Positions 15,083-28,220 of a stretch of DNA of 64,000 bases are shown piece by piece. A program made the translations under genes and the position numbers. Numbering within the stretch: position 1 is the stretch's first letter; the number at the start of each line of letters is the position of its first letter. This stretch comes from the human T2T-CHM13v2.0 reference genome, Homo sapiens, in NCBI RefSeq assembly GCF_009914755.1, contig NC_060931.1; one strand, written 5' to 3'. Under the pieces are notes generated by a model. It saw only the letters and a list, made by a program, of their open reading frames with translations. It was not told the origin of the DNA and did not search any database.

Positions 15083-16007
15083 TGTCAGCCCAGCAGCCAT
15101 TGCCCCTCTTTCCCTTTGCTAAGACAGCCCCAATTTTGTTCGCTGTCCTCTAGCGGGGCGACGACATCAGGGGAGGCTGGACCCTCTCTCTGCACCCAGG
15201 CAGACAATCTCATTAGGCCTAGACCTGCACTATCCAATATGGCAGCCACTGGCCACTTGTGGCTATTGCCCACACCGTCTAGCAGCTAATTCAAACTGAG
15301 ATATGCTGTGAGTGTTAAATACACACTGGATTCCAAAGTATGGTTGAGGGGGGAAGAATGTAAACATAAAATTAATAATTTCTTATTTAGTTATATGTTA
15401 AACTAACGTTTTGGATATATTGGGGTCAATAAAATACATTATTAGAACTAATATCTGTTTCTTTTTTTTTCTTAAAATATAGCTGTTAGAAAAATGTTTA
15501 TTATATATCTGGCTCCTATTACATTTCTACTAGACAGCACAGGTGTAGTAAAAGTTTTCTTCCTTTTCCTTGCCTCTCTTACATGCTTTAGACATTGGCC
15601 AGAGTTCCCAGCCCCATTCCTTCACCAAGTAAAGGGTTTAGGTAAGGGTGTGAGCACGATGCCATTCTGGCCAATGAAAATGGGGGGTTGGCAACAAGTT
15701 TCTGGGAGGGCTTTTCTTTTTCTTAAAATGAAATATGAGATAGGGAGGGACATTCCTTTTTCTGCTATGGGTTTTGTTATCCCATTGCACTTCCTGGAGC
15801 AATGGCAGCTATTTTGAGGCCTTGAGAATAGCTGGCTTAAGAAAATGAACCACAGAAAAGATGGAGAAAAACTGTGTCCTTGACAACAAAATGGAATCCA
15901 TGGATTTTTGTGTTAAACTTATGTTTTTGTGTTAAATAAATTAACCTATTGTTAAAACTGAGTTTGTTGGATTTCCTGTTACTTGTGACAAAAAGCATCA
16001 TAACTGG
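15083..16007 (+). mobile_element. LTR33-like ERVL LTR interrupted by MER33 and a 63-bp insertion
   Basis: cccagcagccattgcccct...; ttctggccaatga; ctgttacttgtgacaaaagcatcataactg end. Confidence 0.6.
15224..15542. mobile_element. MER33 hAT element
   Basis: gcactatccaatatggcagccactggccacttgtggctatt ... tttctactagacagcacag termini. Confidence 0.85.
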
Positions 16008-16719
16008 CCCTTCTTGAGAAAGCAGTGTCAGAAGCCTGTTAAATGAGTGTGCGTTATTCCTCTACTTCACCGATATTCAAGTTTTTCTCTGAAAAATTAG
16101 GAGAAAATTGGAGAAATATTTGGGTAATTCTTTTGTAATTGATTCTAAAATGCCACCCTCTTTCATGCCTGTGAGGAAAAAAATCGTCAGTGGCTGCAAT
16201 GGCCTTGGTAGGATAACACTTTTTCTGATTAATACTCTACTTTTTGTTCCCAATCTGTAAATAAGGATTAGGCCTGGGTCAGGAAATAGAGGATTGATTC
16301 ATTCCTGTAGTAACACACATGTAGTTCTCTTGAGTTCTATAAACAGTGGGAAGGAAGCCATTTTTCTGGCCACCTGCCAGTCTCCAAACCATGCTGAACT
16401 TGGTTGTCAGTGTCTTTGAAGGCAGCTTTATGTGGCTTCATGGAGACAGGAGCTTGATGCGATAATCACAGTCTGCTCCATTTGTGGAACCCATATTAAA
16501 AATATCAATTTCATAGATCTTTTCTCTGGTGTTTGATTATATACTAATATGAAAATTTTGGTGTATATGACCTTGACCCACCAATCAACAGCTTTATTCA
16601 TCTGTCCTCCCAAAGGTCTAAATATAATAAGCAGCCACCCTCAGAAGTGAGAAACACTGGGAACTCTGGCCAATATCTAAAGCATATAAGAGAGGCAAGG
16701 AAAAGGAAGAAAACTTTTA
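15549..16719. repeat. 63-bp inverted repeat pair (15549-15611 / 16657-16719)
   Basis: Manual alignment gives 61/63 identity between the left arm and the reverse complement of the right arm. Confidence 0.95.
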
Positions 16720-17558
16720 AAGCAGCATTGGCTACAGAGAAATTTGGGAGCGTGGAAGTAGAGAGAAAACAGAAAAAGTGTGGGAGCATGGTGTTGAAGG
16801 GACCTTTGAGGTCCCATGGTCCAGCCCCTTCCCTTAAACATGAGGTAATGGGGCCAGAGCGGGACTCTTGGCTCCTTCCTTCCGCATGCACTGAATGCCA
16901 GCCATGAACCATTCTCTGCCAAACACAGGACTATGAGGATAGGAAGATAACCATGCTCCTGCCCTCCTAGGGCTCTCAACACGAGCTGGTACAGAGTCAA
17001 GATCAAACCCAAGTTAGGGATTTTTTTGTTTTGTTTGTTTTTCCTGCAAAATCACTGCCCTTCTCTATCCCAGATATTAATCGGTACTGGCTCTCACACT
17101 AGTTCTGCTTTATATCTGTGCTTGTGGGGTTTGCTCACTATTAGATTAAGAAAATAAAGTGGTAAAACTTTGCTCAGATGTTTTTCTAAGGTCTTTCTCT
17201 CTCCCTCTCTCTCTCCCTCCTTCCTTCCTTGCCTCCTTTCCTTTCTTCTTCCTTCCTTCCAGCATATATTATTTCCCTGTGTAGATTTATGATTCTTCCT
17301 CACCTTGACCTTGCAACCAACGAAGACATTTCTTGGTTGGAATCACAATCCAGACAGAACTATTGCAAGCCTAGGATTCAAGAAGTAAGTGCCATGCACC
17401 ACCCCGTTCTCATATTTCTCTGAAATGTTGACTTGCAATGTAGCTATCCTTTAGAGAAATAGGAAATAGGGCAAATTGGCATCCTTTGCCCCACCTGGAG
17501 CCTGGATTAATACACTGAAGTTAGAATGGCTGAAGGGGAGAAAGACCCAACACATTTA

Positions 17559-17860
<302 letters not shown>

Positions 17861-18103
17861 GGGAGGTCAGCTGTCAGGGAGGACTCTCTCTCCCCTCTCC
17901 TCCCCTGGCCTTACATTCCACAGTCCCTTCTCCCTGAGTCCCAGCCCCAACCAGCCACAAAAAAGCAGGTCTGGGACTAAAGCACTGAAACCCTGGCCCA
18001 GGAGAGTTGGACAGGGCTGGCACATCTGAGGCAGGAGTGGCCAGTGACGAAAGGAGGATGGCAGGATCAATAGGGAAGGGGAGAAGAAGAGAAAAAGAGT
18101 GAA

Positions 18104-18456
<353 letters not shown>

Positions 18457-18479
18457 TCACCCACCACCACATTGTACCC

Positions 18480-19205
18480 ACCAGCCAGATCTGTGTGCTC
18501 TTCAACAAATTCCAAACCAATCACTTCCTCCCTCCACCCTGTCCAGTGCACCCCCATCACCCATTTTAGGGCCCTTGCCTCCTAAATGGTTTCCTGACTT
18601 CCACTCTTTTCTCCAGAAAATTCACTCTTCAACAAGCAGCCAGAATGGTCTTTTAAACCATAAATCAGATCATAAGAACCCCCAGCAGCTTTTCCACAGC
18701 ACCAACAATGCCTGTGTGATCTGAACTCAAAGTTCTTCCCTGACCTTAGATGTTTCCACTTGTCCCCCAGCTCACTCATACAGCCACACTGGCCTTCTTT
18801 CTGTTCTTTGCACAGCTAATCACATTCTTGCCCTAAGGCCTTCGAGCTTCCCGAGCTTCCCGTTCTCTCTGCCTGGAATGCTCTCCCTGCAGCTCCTGCC
18901 ATGACTGTCTCCTTCACATCCCTCAAATTAGTTCAGCGTAAACACCTCCAGGCAGCCTTTTCTGACCACCCTGGGCCAGCCTCACTCTTCACCTTTATAC
19001 CACTCACAGCTATTTGAAGTTATCTTGCCAATTCTTTTTTCTTACTTTTTTTTTAAGTCTGTTTTTCAACAAGACTGAAAGTTCTAGCACAGCGCAGAGA
19101 TTGTGCCTATCTTGTTTGAGACTGTATCCACAGAGCCTAGAACAGAGCCTGGCACAAGAGTAAATGCTCCATAAATGTTTTGTTGAAAGAATGAGTGAGT
19201 AAATG
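18480..19205 (+). mobile_element. L2 3' region
   Basis: cagccacactggccttctttctgttc, tgcctggaatgctctccc, ending ataaatgttttgttgaaagaatgagtgag. Confidence 0.85.
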
Positions 19206-19251
19206 AAGAGATGTGGGGTTGCCCCAGGAGTCCAGAATGAAGACCCCAGAG

Positions 19252-19420
19252 TGGGTTTGCCATTTTACACATAAAAACACAGTGCACCCAGTTATATTTG
19301 AATTTTGGATAAATAATGAATGCATGCAATGCTAAATAAGTATATGCCTCAAATACTGCATGCATTCATTGCTTATCTGAAATTCAAAGATAACTGGATG
19401 TCCTGTATTCTATCAAGACC
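19252..19420. mobile_element. MER53-like palindromic hAT element
   Basis: cccagttatatttgaattttggataa / ttatctgaaattcaaagataactgg inverted arms. Confidence 0.75.
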
Positions 19421-21132
19421 TATTAAGGAGCTGGTGTGAGTTAAACAGAGCAAACACGACCCTCCAAGTTCTTTGCCTCATAGACCCTTATGGGTTGGAA
19501 CAGACATGAACTGATGTAAAGAGCTGTTTTGTTCTTTCTTCTGGACTTCATGCATGTGCATGTTCAGCTATACTAAGGTGGTTTTGTTAATGGGTTTACC
19601 ACCCCTCTCTCCTACCGCTAAGAGTACAGAATGGAATAGAGTGCAGTGAACACAAGAGCGAGGGAGCACACACAGCCACAGGAAGGCAGGACTTGTTTCA
19701 GAATGACACAACCACCCCAGGCAGCCCCTCTGCCAAGGAAGAGCTGTCCCTGCTCAAACCCTTTCTCATTGCACAGGAGAAAAAGGAGGCTTGATCATAA
19801 ATGTTGGCAAAAATTGAATAATTAAATAAATTAAATTTTTACTTGGACTTTGCGATTGAAAGAAAGCCCACATTCTCACAAAAATATCTGCAGTTCTTTT
19901 AGTCTCAAAAATACCAAATCTAGCAACTTTATAAGTAAACAAAGTTACGTACATTCCAGTGTTATCTTGGTATGTCCATAAAATGGGTTCACATGTGTAA
20001 AGTGCATTTTAAAAGCAGTATATATTTCAATTTCCTCCAAAAGTTTAGTCAAAGGAATTTTCTTTTCTTAAGCCATGGATTCAAAATCTGATTCTAGAAA
20101 TCATGCAGATGTACTGAGAAGTGGTCTGGTCCAGAAGCACAACCTCCAGGAAGTTGTGGAAAGGCCCTCAGGGGAAAGGGACTTTTGCATATCAAACAGG
20201 TCAGGTCCAGTCCCACCACACTGAAGGAAAGCAAAGTATGAGATGCTCTGTGTTGCACTCTTTAAAAGGCTGCAGTGGGTCAAGTTCATCCCTAGAGCCC
20301 TGGCACTTCCTCCAGAGAAAGCCCAGAGTCCTTATGTGTCCTGTCAAATTTCACATAAATGACAAATACCTTTGATGAATGCAAAATAGAATATTGTTAA
20401 ATATATACCTCGGTTGTTTTACTTGTTTTGTTTTTGAGGCCAACAGGGCTACTAATTAGCAACAGCAATTTTTCCTTGGATTGATATAGCCATTTCCAAG
20501 GATCTCAGAGCAATTTATACATTTTATCCCATTTTATTCACAGTAACTGTCTAGGTAGGTTGGGTTTTGGTATTGACATCCTCTCCTTGAAATTTTGTGG
20601 ACTGGGCAGGTGCCTAAAAAATTTAGTAATCTGCAATAAATTAGAAGCAGAAAGTCTTCTCTTACCCAAAACCAACTCAATACTTCAGCTGGCAATTAAA
20701 GGAGATACAAAGGTAATAACATTCATTGTACTTACCTACCAACTGTATCAAACATCCACCCTTTTCCCATTAGCCACATTGTTACACATTTTATATGTGT
20801 AACAATATATATATTCCCAAAGAATCTGTGATGATTGTAGAAAACACAAAGAAAAAAATATATAAATGTTCAACTAAATATATAAAATATTTACATATAT
20901 AAACAGTATGCAGTGCTTTTTGTTCTTGAATCTAACAACATAGAACTTTCTAGAGCAGAGGCTTAATTTGTTTTATAGGCTTATAGGATCAACCTATAAA
21001 ACAAATGAGCATGCTGATTAGTACTGAGAATAGGGACCTCAAAAACTGAGCTTACAGATTCTGGCTGAATGAAGGGATGATGCAAACAGAGATTAGACCC
21101 ATCACTAAAAGCAAAGCTTACAAGTCATTGTT

Positions 21133-21186
21133 ATTGCCATTACTTTTAATGGCAAGAACCACAATTACTTTTGCACCAACCTAATA
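21133..21186. mobile_element. MADE1 (Hsmar1 MITE), partial
   Basis: ttgccattacttttaatggcaagaaccacaattacttttgcaccaacctaata. Confidence 0.9.
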
Positions 21187-21677
21187 TATGCCAACGTATA
21201 CTATCTTTTCACTGCATGGAAGATGTCCAGAGCTCCTGCTCGGCAACTTCACAGTGTTGAGCCTCAGCATTTGTATTGGGATTCCTGTGACAGCTCATTT
21301 TGTTACCATTAACCCATCTCAGCATTCTCATATCATCCAGCATTTTCTCCAGTAAGCCAAAATCCTATTTCTGGTTAGCTTCCAGATAAAAGGTATAAGC
21401 ATACTACAGTGCTGAAGTCTATTCCTGGAAAAGAATTGTTTATCAACCAAAATTTTGTGAATTAAACCATATTTTAAATGGATAAAGTGAAATGAAAAAT
21501 AAGGAGTTTGGTGGGGAGTCTACTGTTTTAAAAAGCCCAGCAATAAATTTTTTAAACCTACATGTCATATAACTTTTTATATTTTCTTTGATTTTTTAAA
21601 ATCATAAGTAATAATAATGCACACTTATTTAAATAAGCCAAATAATACAGAGAGGTACCAACAAAAAGCTAATAATC

Positions 21678-21970
21678 AGCTGTAATCCCAGCTCACACCT
21701 GTAATCCCAGCACTTTGGGAGGCTGAGGCAGGAGGGTTACTTGAGCCCAGGAGTTAGAGACTAGCCTGAACAACATAACAAGACCTCATCTCTACAAAAA
21801 AAATATGAAAATTAGCGGGGCATAGTAGCATGTGCCTGTGGTCTCAGCTACTCAGGAAGCTAAGATGGGAGGATTGCTTGAGCCTGGGAGGTTGAGGCTG
21901 CAGTGAAGCGTCATTGCGACAATGTGCTCCAGTTCGGGTGACAGAGCAAGAAGACCCTGTCTCAAAAAAA
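21678..21970 (+). mobile_element. AluJ within degraded L1M-like sequence
   Basis: Alu dimer with altered 5' end; agctaataatc TSD. Confidence 0.92.
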
Positions 21971-23093
21971 CAGCTAATAATCTTCTTACCAACTCCCTAA
22001 TATTTCAGCTGCTATTTTCCCTCATGTGATTAATATTGATGGTTGGAGGCAGATTCTTCTACACTCTTCTCACAAAAATATATACAGACATACACATATA
22101 CTCACTGAGTTTTTGATGGAATTGCAGCTCTTGTTTTCATTCTTATTATAACCAATTAGATTATACACATTATCCTTTATTTTTTCTGTCACTTAGCAAG
22201 GTAGAACAGATATCCCTCAGATCATTACATATGGTTCCATCTCACTGTTTAGTAACAGCCATGGTTATCAAATATTTACATAGTGTAACTATATAATGAT
22301 TTGCTAACCATGCCCCTTTAGATGGATGTTCCATATTTTTCTTTTTCTTTGTTTTTCCTGCCACAAACCAAGCTGCAAGCAGCATGCTGGTACCGCCTTG
22401 CCTGTAGGACCAGTGACTCTTGTGCTTACATTCAAAGTTTAGATTTTTGCATACTAATTCTCCTTGAAAGAATTAGAAGCTAAGACTGTGTCATCAGAAG
22501 ATCCAAGTTTTGTAGCCTGCATTATATAAACAGGAAAAGTCATCGCCTGTGCCTCAGTTTCCTCATCTGTAAATTAATAGAGAATAGATATCTGTTGGAG
22601 TAAACTACCATCTCTCTCTCTCTTGCTCTTTCTCTCTCTTTTTCACGCATGTTTTTACATCAATTGAGCTGAGTGCCAGTGAACCCTGAGCCAGCTTTCT
22701 GTATAACTAGAGCAGCAGCTGCTCCTTGCTGGAGGCAGGAAGTGTTTGTCCTGCAGGCCTTTGATCATCTCGTAGCCTTTCCACACTGGGAACAATTTTT
22801 TAACCATCTGCAGGCTCCGTAACCGGTTTGTGAACTTTCACTCTTCTGTAAACTTACAGAGTTGTATAAAAGTATGAACATTCAGCCTGAAAGCCATCTG
22901 AGCAACGGAGTCCTTTATAAAACTGCAACCTACTTATTCAACCCCAAAGGTGAAACTCCAGCAAATGTTTGTATATTTGATGAGTGCAAGCACGTAGGGT
23001 GTCAAGATGCCAGAAAGAGCTACAGGGCTCCAAAAATCCTTATTTTGAACCTATACCACCACAGAAAGTGATCATATTTCTCTGGCTATAATA

Positions 23094-23318
23094 GTAGAGT
23101 TGTAAGATTTAGGACTTAAAGAAACTAGATACCCAGTTAAATATGAATTTCAGATAAACCGCACATAATGGTTATTTTATTATTATTTATTGTACTATAT
23201 ATTACATAGTATTTTATGATTATAGCATTACATGGGGCGTACTTACACTAAAACATTATTCATGGCTTGTCTGAAACTCAAATCTAACGGGGCATCTTGT
23301 ATTTTATCTGGCAGTCCT
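23094..23318. mobile_element. MER53-like palindromic hAT element
   Basis: acccagttaaatatgaatttcagataa / ttgtctgaaactcaaatctaacgggg inverted arms. Confidence 0.75.
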
Positions 23319-24511
23319 ATGTGATAGAATAAATTTGTTCCCCCCTCTGTCCCCACCAATCCAGAGCTTTCTTTGCTTTTGTCTCTGTGTCAGAACCACG
23401 AAGTGGAAGGATTCACCTTTCCTTCCTCAGCCAAGGCTTCCCTGCAAATTTGGGCGAGCTCATGACTTGATCCCAGCTCCATCGGTATAAGGGGTCATCT
23501 AGGCCCAAAACTCTTTGCCCCACTTGTGGTTATCTTACATCTACTGCGTCAACTTTTCAGGTTGAAGGATCTCTGTATTTCAAACTTCCTCTCTCATTTT
23601 GACCATAAAAAATGGCCCACTCCCTGACTTAAGTCTGAACTTTCTAGACTGCATACTTTCTGTATTCTCTTGCCTCTTCTGCGTTTCTGGTGCCCTCAGG
23701 GCTTTACCTCCTAAAACTTCCAAATCAAGCTAAGAATGTTTCATCAGAAGATCCAAGTTTTGTAACTTGTTTCATGTAAACAGCGAAAGTCAGCACCTGA
23801 GCCTCAGTCTCCTCAATTTGTAAAATGGGTGTTGAATTCTATTAGGAGATACTCAAGATTGTTCCTAGCTCTGACATAATGTGGCTCCAGACTCTTCTCC
23901 CCTTGACTTCAATCCTCCTGGCCACAGCCTTCATCTGAGCCTCCCTTCAGGACGTAAGAGTGCCTATGTCCCAGTCTGATACTCAGTTTTTTGACAGAAA
24001 CCACTTAGTATGGCTCCAAGGGTAGGATAGCCAATCCTTGCTCTTCTAAACATTTTCCTCAACTGTCTAACTTCATAAATTGTCAGCTTTTAACATTTGC
24101 AAAGTGCTTGACCAAGCAGAACACTCACCTTGTCAGAGATGGTCATTCCAAAAGTTCCTGTAGTGTAAATTATTGTCCTGTATTAAATCAAGCTATTTAC
24201 ATGTTAACACAATTAAGTACTACATAGCTGCAACAATCCGAAATTCTGTTGACTTTTACTACATAGAAATCTTCATAAGACAATGTTTGGCCCCAAACAG
24301 AAATACAGGTTTTTTTAAAGAATGACCAGGCAAGATGTATAAATACACATGAACAACAATCAGAAGAGAATTCAGAAGAGTAAAATGTGTTTCAAACACA
24401 GAAATTTAAAAAAATAAAATTGCGTTTATTTATGTATTTATTTATTTATAGCGTTTCTCTATAGTTTGAGAAACGCTAAAAAAATTCCTAGCTCTCTCAT
24501 CTTTTAAAACT

Positions 24512-24650
24512 AAGAAAAATCAGCTGGGCACAGTGGCACATGCCTGTAGTCCAAATTAATTGGGAGGCTGAGGTGAGAGAATCCCTTGAGCCCAAGAGTT
24601 CCAGTCCAGCCTGGGCAACATATTGAGACCTTGTCTCTAATTTTTAAAAA
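24512..24650 (+). mobile_element. Alu monomer (FAM/FLAM-type)
   Basis: Single Alu arm ending agaccttgtctct. Confidence 0.85.
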
Positions 24651-24684
24651 AGAGAGAGAAAAATAAGAGGTCAAGGGAGTAAAT

Positions 24685-24982
24685 GAGGGAGGGATCTGGT
24701 GGGAGGTGATTGGATCATGGGGTCGGTTTCCCCCATGCTGTTCTGGTGATAGTGAGGGAGTTCTCATAAGATCTGGTGGTTTAAAAGTGGCAGTTTTCCC
24801 TGAGCTCGCTCTCTCCTGCCACCATGTAAGGTGATTGCTTCCCTTTTGCCTTCTGCCATGATTATAAGTTTCCTGAGGCCTCCCCAGCCATGCAGAATTG
24901 TGAGTCAATTAAAATTCTGTTCTTTATGAATTACCCAGTCTCAGGTAGTATCTGTATAGCAGTGTGAAAACAGACTAATACA
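24685..24982 (+). mobile_element. MSTA/THE1-type LTR, 5'-truncated
   Basis: tggtgggaggtgattggatcatgggg ... gtgtgaaaacagactaataca. Confidence 0.9.
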
Positions 24983-25407
24983 ATTAGTTTAAGCAAAAAA
25001 GAAGAATATATCAGAACCAAGGACAGAATCTGTTGGAAACTATCAAGATTTTTTTCATTCTGTCCCTTATCTCTGCCTCTAAAAAAAAATTCATTTGTCA
25101 AAAAAAAAAAAAAAAACCCAGAAAAATAATAGAGAAAATCAGTAAAGTCAAAAGCTGCTTCTTTGAGAAGATCAATAAAACTGGCAAACCTATGGCCAGA
25201 AGTGATGAGGACCATAAAAGAGAAGACACAAGTGATCAATATCAGGAATGAAAGAGGTGGCACAACTATATATTCTATGACATTAAAAGAACAATAAAGG
25301 AATATTTAAAGCAACTTTATGCCTATAAACTCAACAATTTGGATAAAATAGAAAATTCCTTGAAAGATATATTACAAAAGCTTACTCAAGAAAAATAGAT
25401 AACTTGA

Positions 25408-25749
<342 letters not shown>

Positions 25750-26777
25750 TGAAATTGTAGTTTACAATCTTCCCAAAAAGAAAACCCCAGGCCTAGATGG
25801 CTTCATTGGTGAATTCTACCAAACGCTTAAGGAAGAAATAATATCAATTCTACACAAACTCTACCAAAAGAATTGAACAGGAAGAAATACTTCTCAACTC
25901 ATTCTCTGAGGTCAGCATTATTCTGAAATCTAATCCAACAATATGTTAAAAGGATAATACATCCTAACCAAGTGGGGTTTATCCTGAGAATGCAGGGCTG
26001 GCTTAACATTGAAAATTAATTCAATGTAATTTATGAGATTAATAAATTTAAAAATAAAAACATATGATCATCTCAGTAGATACAGGAAAAGCATTTAACA
26101 AAATCTAACATTCATTCCTGATCAAAGCTCTCAGCAAACTAGGAAGAGATGGAAACTTTCTCAGCCTGCTAAGGACATCTATTAAAAAACTATCTACTTA
26201 ATTAAAACACTACACTTAATGCTGAAGAATTGAATGCATCCCCTCTAAGATTAAGAACAAGACTGTTATGTTCACTCTCCTCACTTCTGTTCAACACTGT
26301 GTGGAGGTTCTGATCAGTGCAATCAGGTGAAGAAAAAAGAAAATAAAAGAAAAATTCATCCAGATTAGAATGGAAGAAATAAAACATCAGATAATCATCT
26401 ATATAGAAAACCCAATGTAATCTACAAAAAAAAACAAAACAAAACCTGCTAGAACCAGTAAGTAAATTTAGCAAGGTTGCAGGATACAAGAGCAATATAT
26501 AAAAATCTACTATACATGTATATGCCAGCAACAATCAGATATGAAAATTGAAAAAAATACAATTCACAATAGCATAAAAATATAAAATATTTAAGGATAC
26601 ATCTGACAAAAGACATGTAAGACCCATACACTGAAAACCATAAAACATGTCTGAAAGAAATTTTTAAAAACCTAAATAAATAGCAAATGGATTAGAAGAA
26701 TCAATATTGTTGACATGTCAATATTCTTCAAATTGATCTATAGATTCAGTGTAATTGCTATTAAAATCCTAGCAAGC

Positions 26778-27078
26778 TTTTTTTTTTTTTTTTTTTAAAC
26801 AGGGTCTTACTGTGCTACCCAAGCTGGAGTACAGTGGCATGATCATGGCTCACTGCTACTTTGACTTCCCTGGGCTCAGGCAATCCTCCCACCTCAGCCT
26901 CCCAAGTAGCTGGGACCACAGGCATGCACTACCACGCCTGGCTAATTTTTGTATTTTTTGGTAGAGACAGGGTTTTTCCATGTTGCCCAGGTGAGTCTTG
27001 AGCTCCTAGGCTCAAGCAATACACCTACCTCAGCCTCCCAAAGTGCTGAGATTACAGGCGTGAGCCACTGTGTCTGGT
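26778..27078 (-). mobile_element. AluJ
   Basis: Reverse Alu, agcaa(g/t)ctttt TSD. Confidence 0.95.
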
Positions 27079-28084
27079 CCAGCAATCTTTTTATGTAGGA
27101 ACTGACAAGTTGACTTTAAGTTCATATGAAAATGCAAATGACTTAGCCAAAATAAGTGTGAAAAAGAACAAAAAAATTTTTTTGAATCGATATTGTTCAA
27201 GCGATCTGCCCATCTCGAACTTCCAAAGTGCTAGGATTACAGGTGTAGGCCATCCTGTCCAACCAGAAGAACAATATTAAAAGGACAACACTCACTGATT
27301 GCAAAAATTATTATGAAGCTACAGTAATCAAAATGGTGTGTTTGATGTAGAGAGAGACAGATCAATGGGAAAGAACAGAGAGTCTGGAAATAAATCCACA
27401 CATATATGGACAACTGATTTGGGCAGGCACAAAAAGGTAATCCTATGGAGAAAGTATGGCCTTTTAAACAAATGATGTTGGAACAATTGGCTATCTATAT
27501 GCAAAAATAAAGGTGAATTTGGATTTATATCTTGCACTGTATTAAAAAATTAACTGGAAATTTATCATAGACTTAATAGAAAGCCTAAACCTATAAAATT
27601 TCTAGAATAAAACAGGAGAAAATTTTTGTGACCTTGGATTAGGCAAAGGCTTTTTAGGACAACAAAAGCACAACCAATAAAAGAACAAATAGATTGATTG
27701 GACTTCATCAAAATTAAAGACTTTTGCTTTTCTACTAAAAGAATAAAAAGGTACTCCACCAACTGGAAGAAAATATTTGCACAGCATCTATCAGATAAAG
27801 AATTTATACCCAGAATATATAAAGAACACTCCAAACTCAACGATAAGAAAAAAGACAACCCAATAAAAGACGAACAAAAGATTTGATCAGATCCTTTACA
27901 AAGAAAATCAAGAACACTTCACAAAGGATCTGCAAATAAGCACAGGAAAAGATGCTCAACATCATTAGTCACTAAAGAAATACAAAATAAAAATCACAAG
28001 ATACTACTACACATCTATTAGAATGGCTGCAATTAAAAAGACTGACCATGTCAAGTGTTGGTGAGGATATGGAGGAGGCTCTTT

Positions 28085-28220
28085 ATGCCTCAGTTCTCTT
28101 ACCTGTAAAATGGCACCTACTTTATAAGGTCGTTATGAGGATTTAATGAGTAAATACATCTCAAGTGCTTAGAGAAAGTGCCTGGCACATGGTAGGCAGG
28201 GCATGAATGTCTATTGTTTT
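28085..28220 (+). mobile_element. MIR
   Basis: tgcctcagttctcttacctgtaaaatgg...gtgcctggcacatggtagg. Confidence 0.85.

Noticed and set aside
21133-21186. miR-548-type hairpin from MADE1
   Set aside because: Left TIR is mostly missing, so the full hairpin cannot form.
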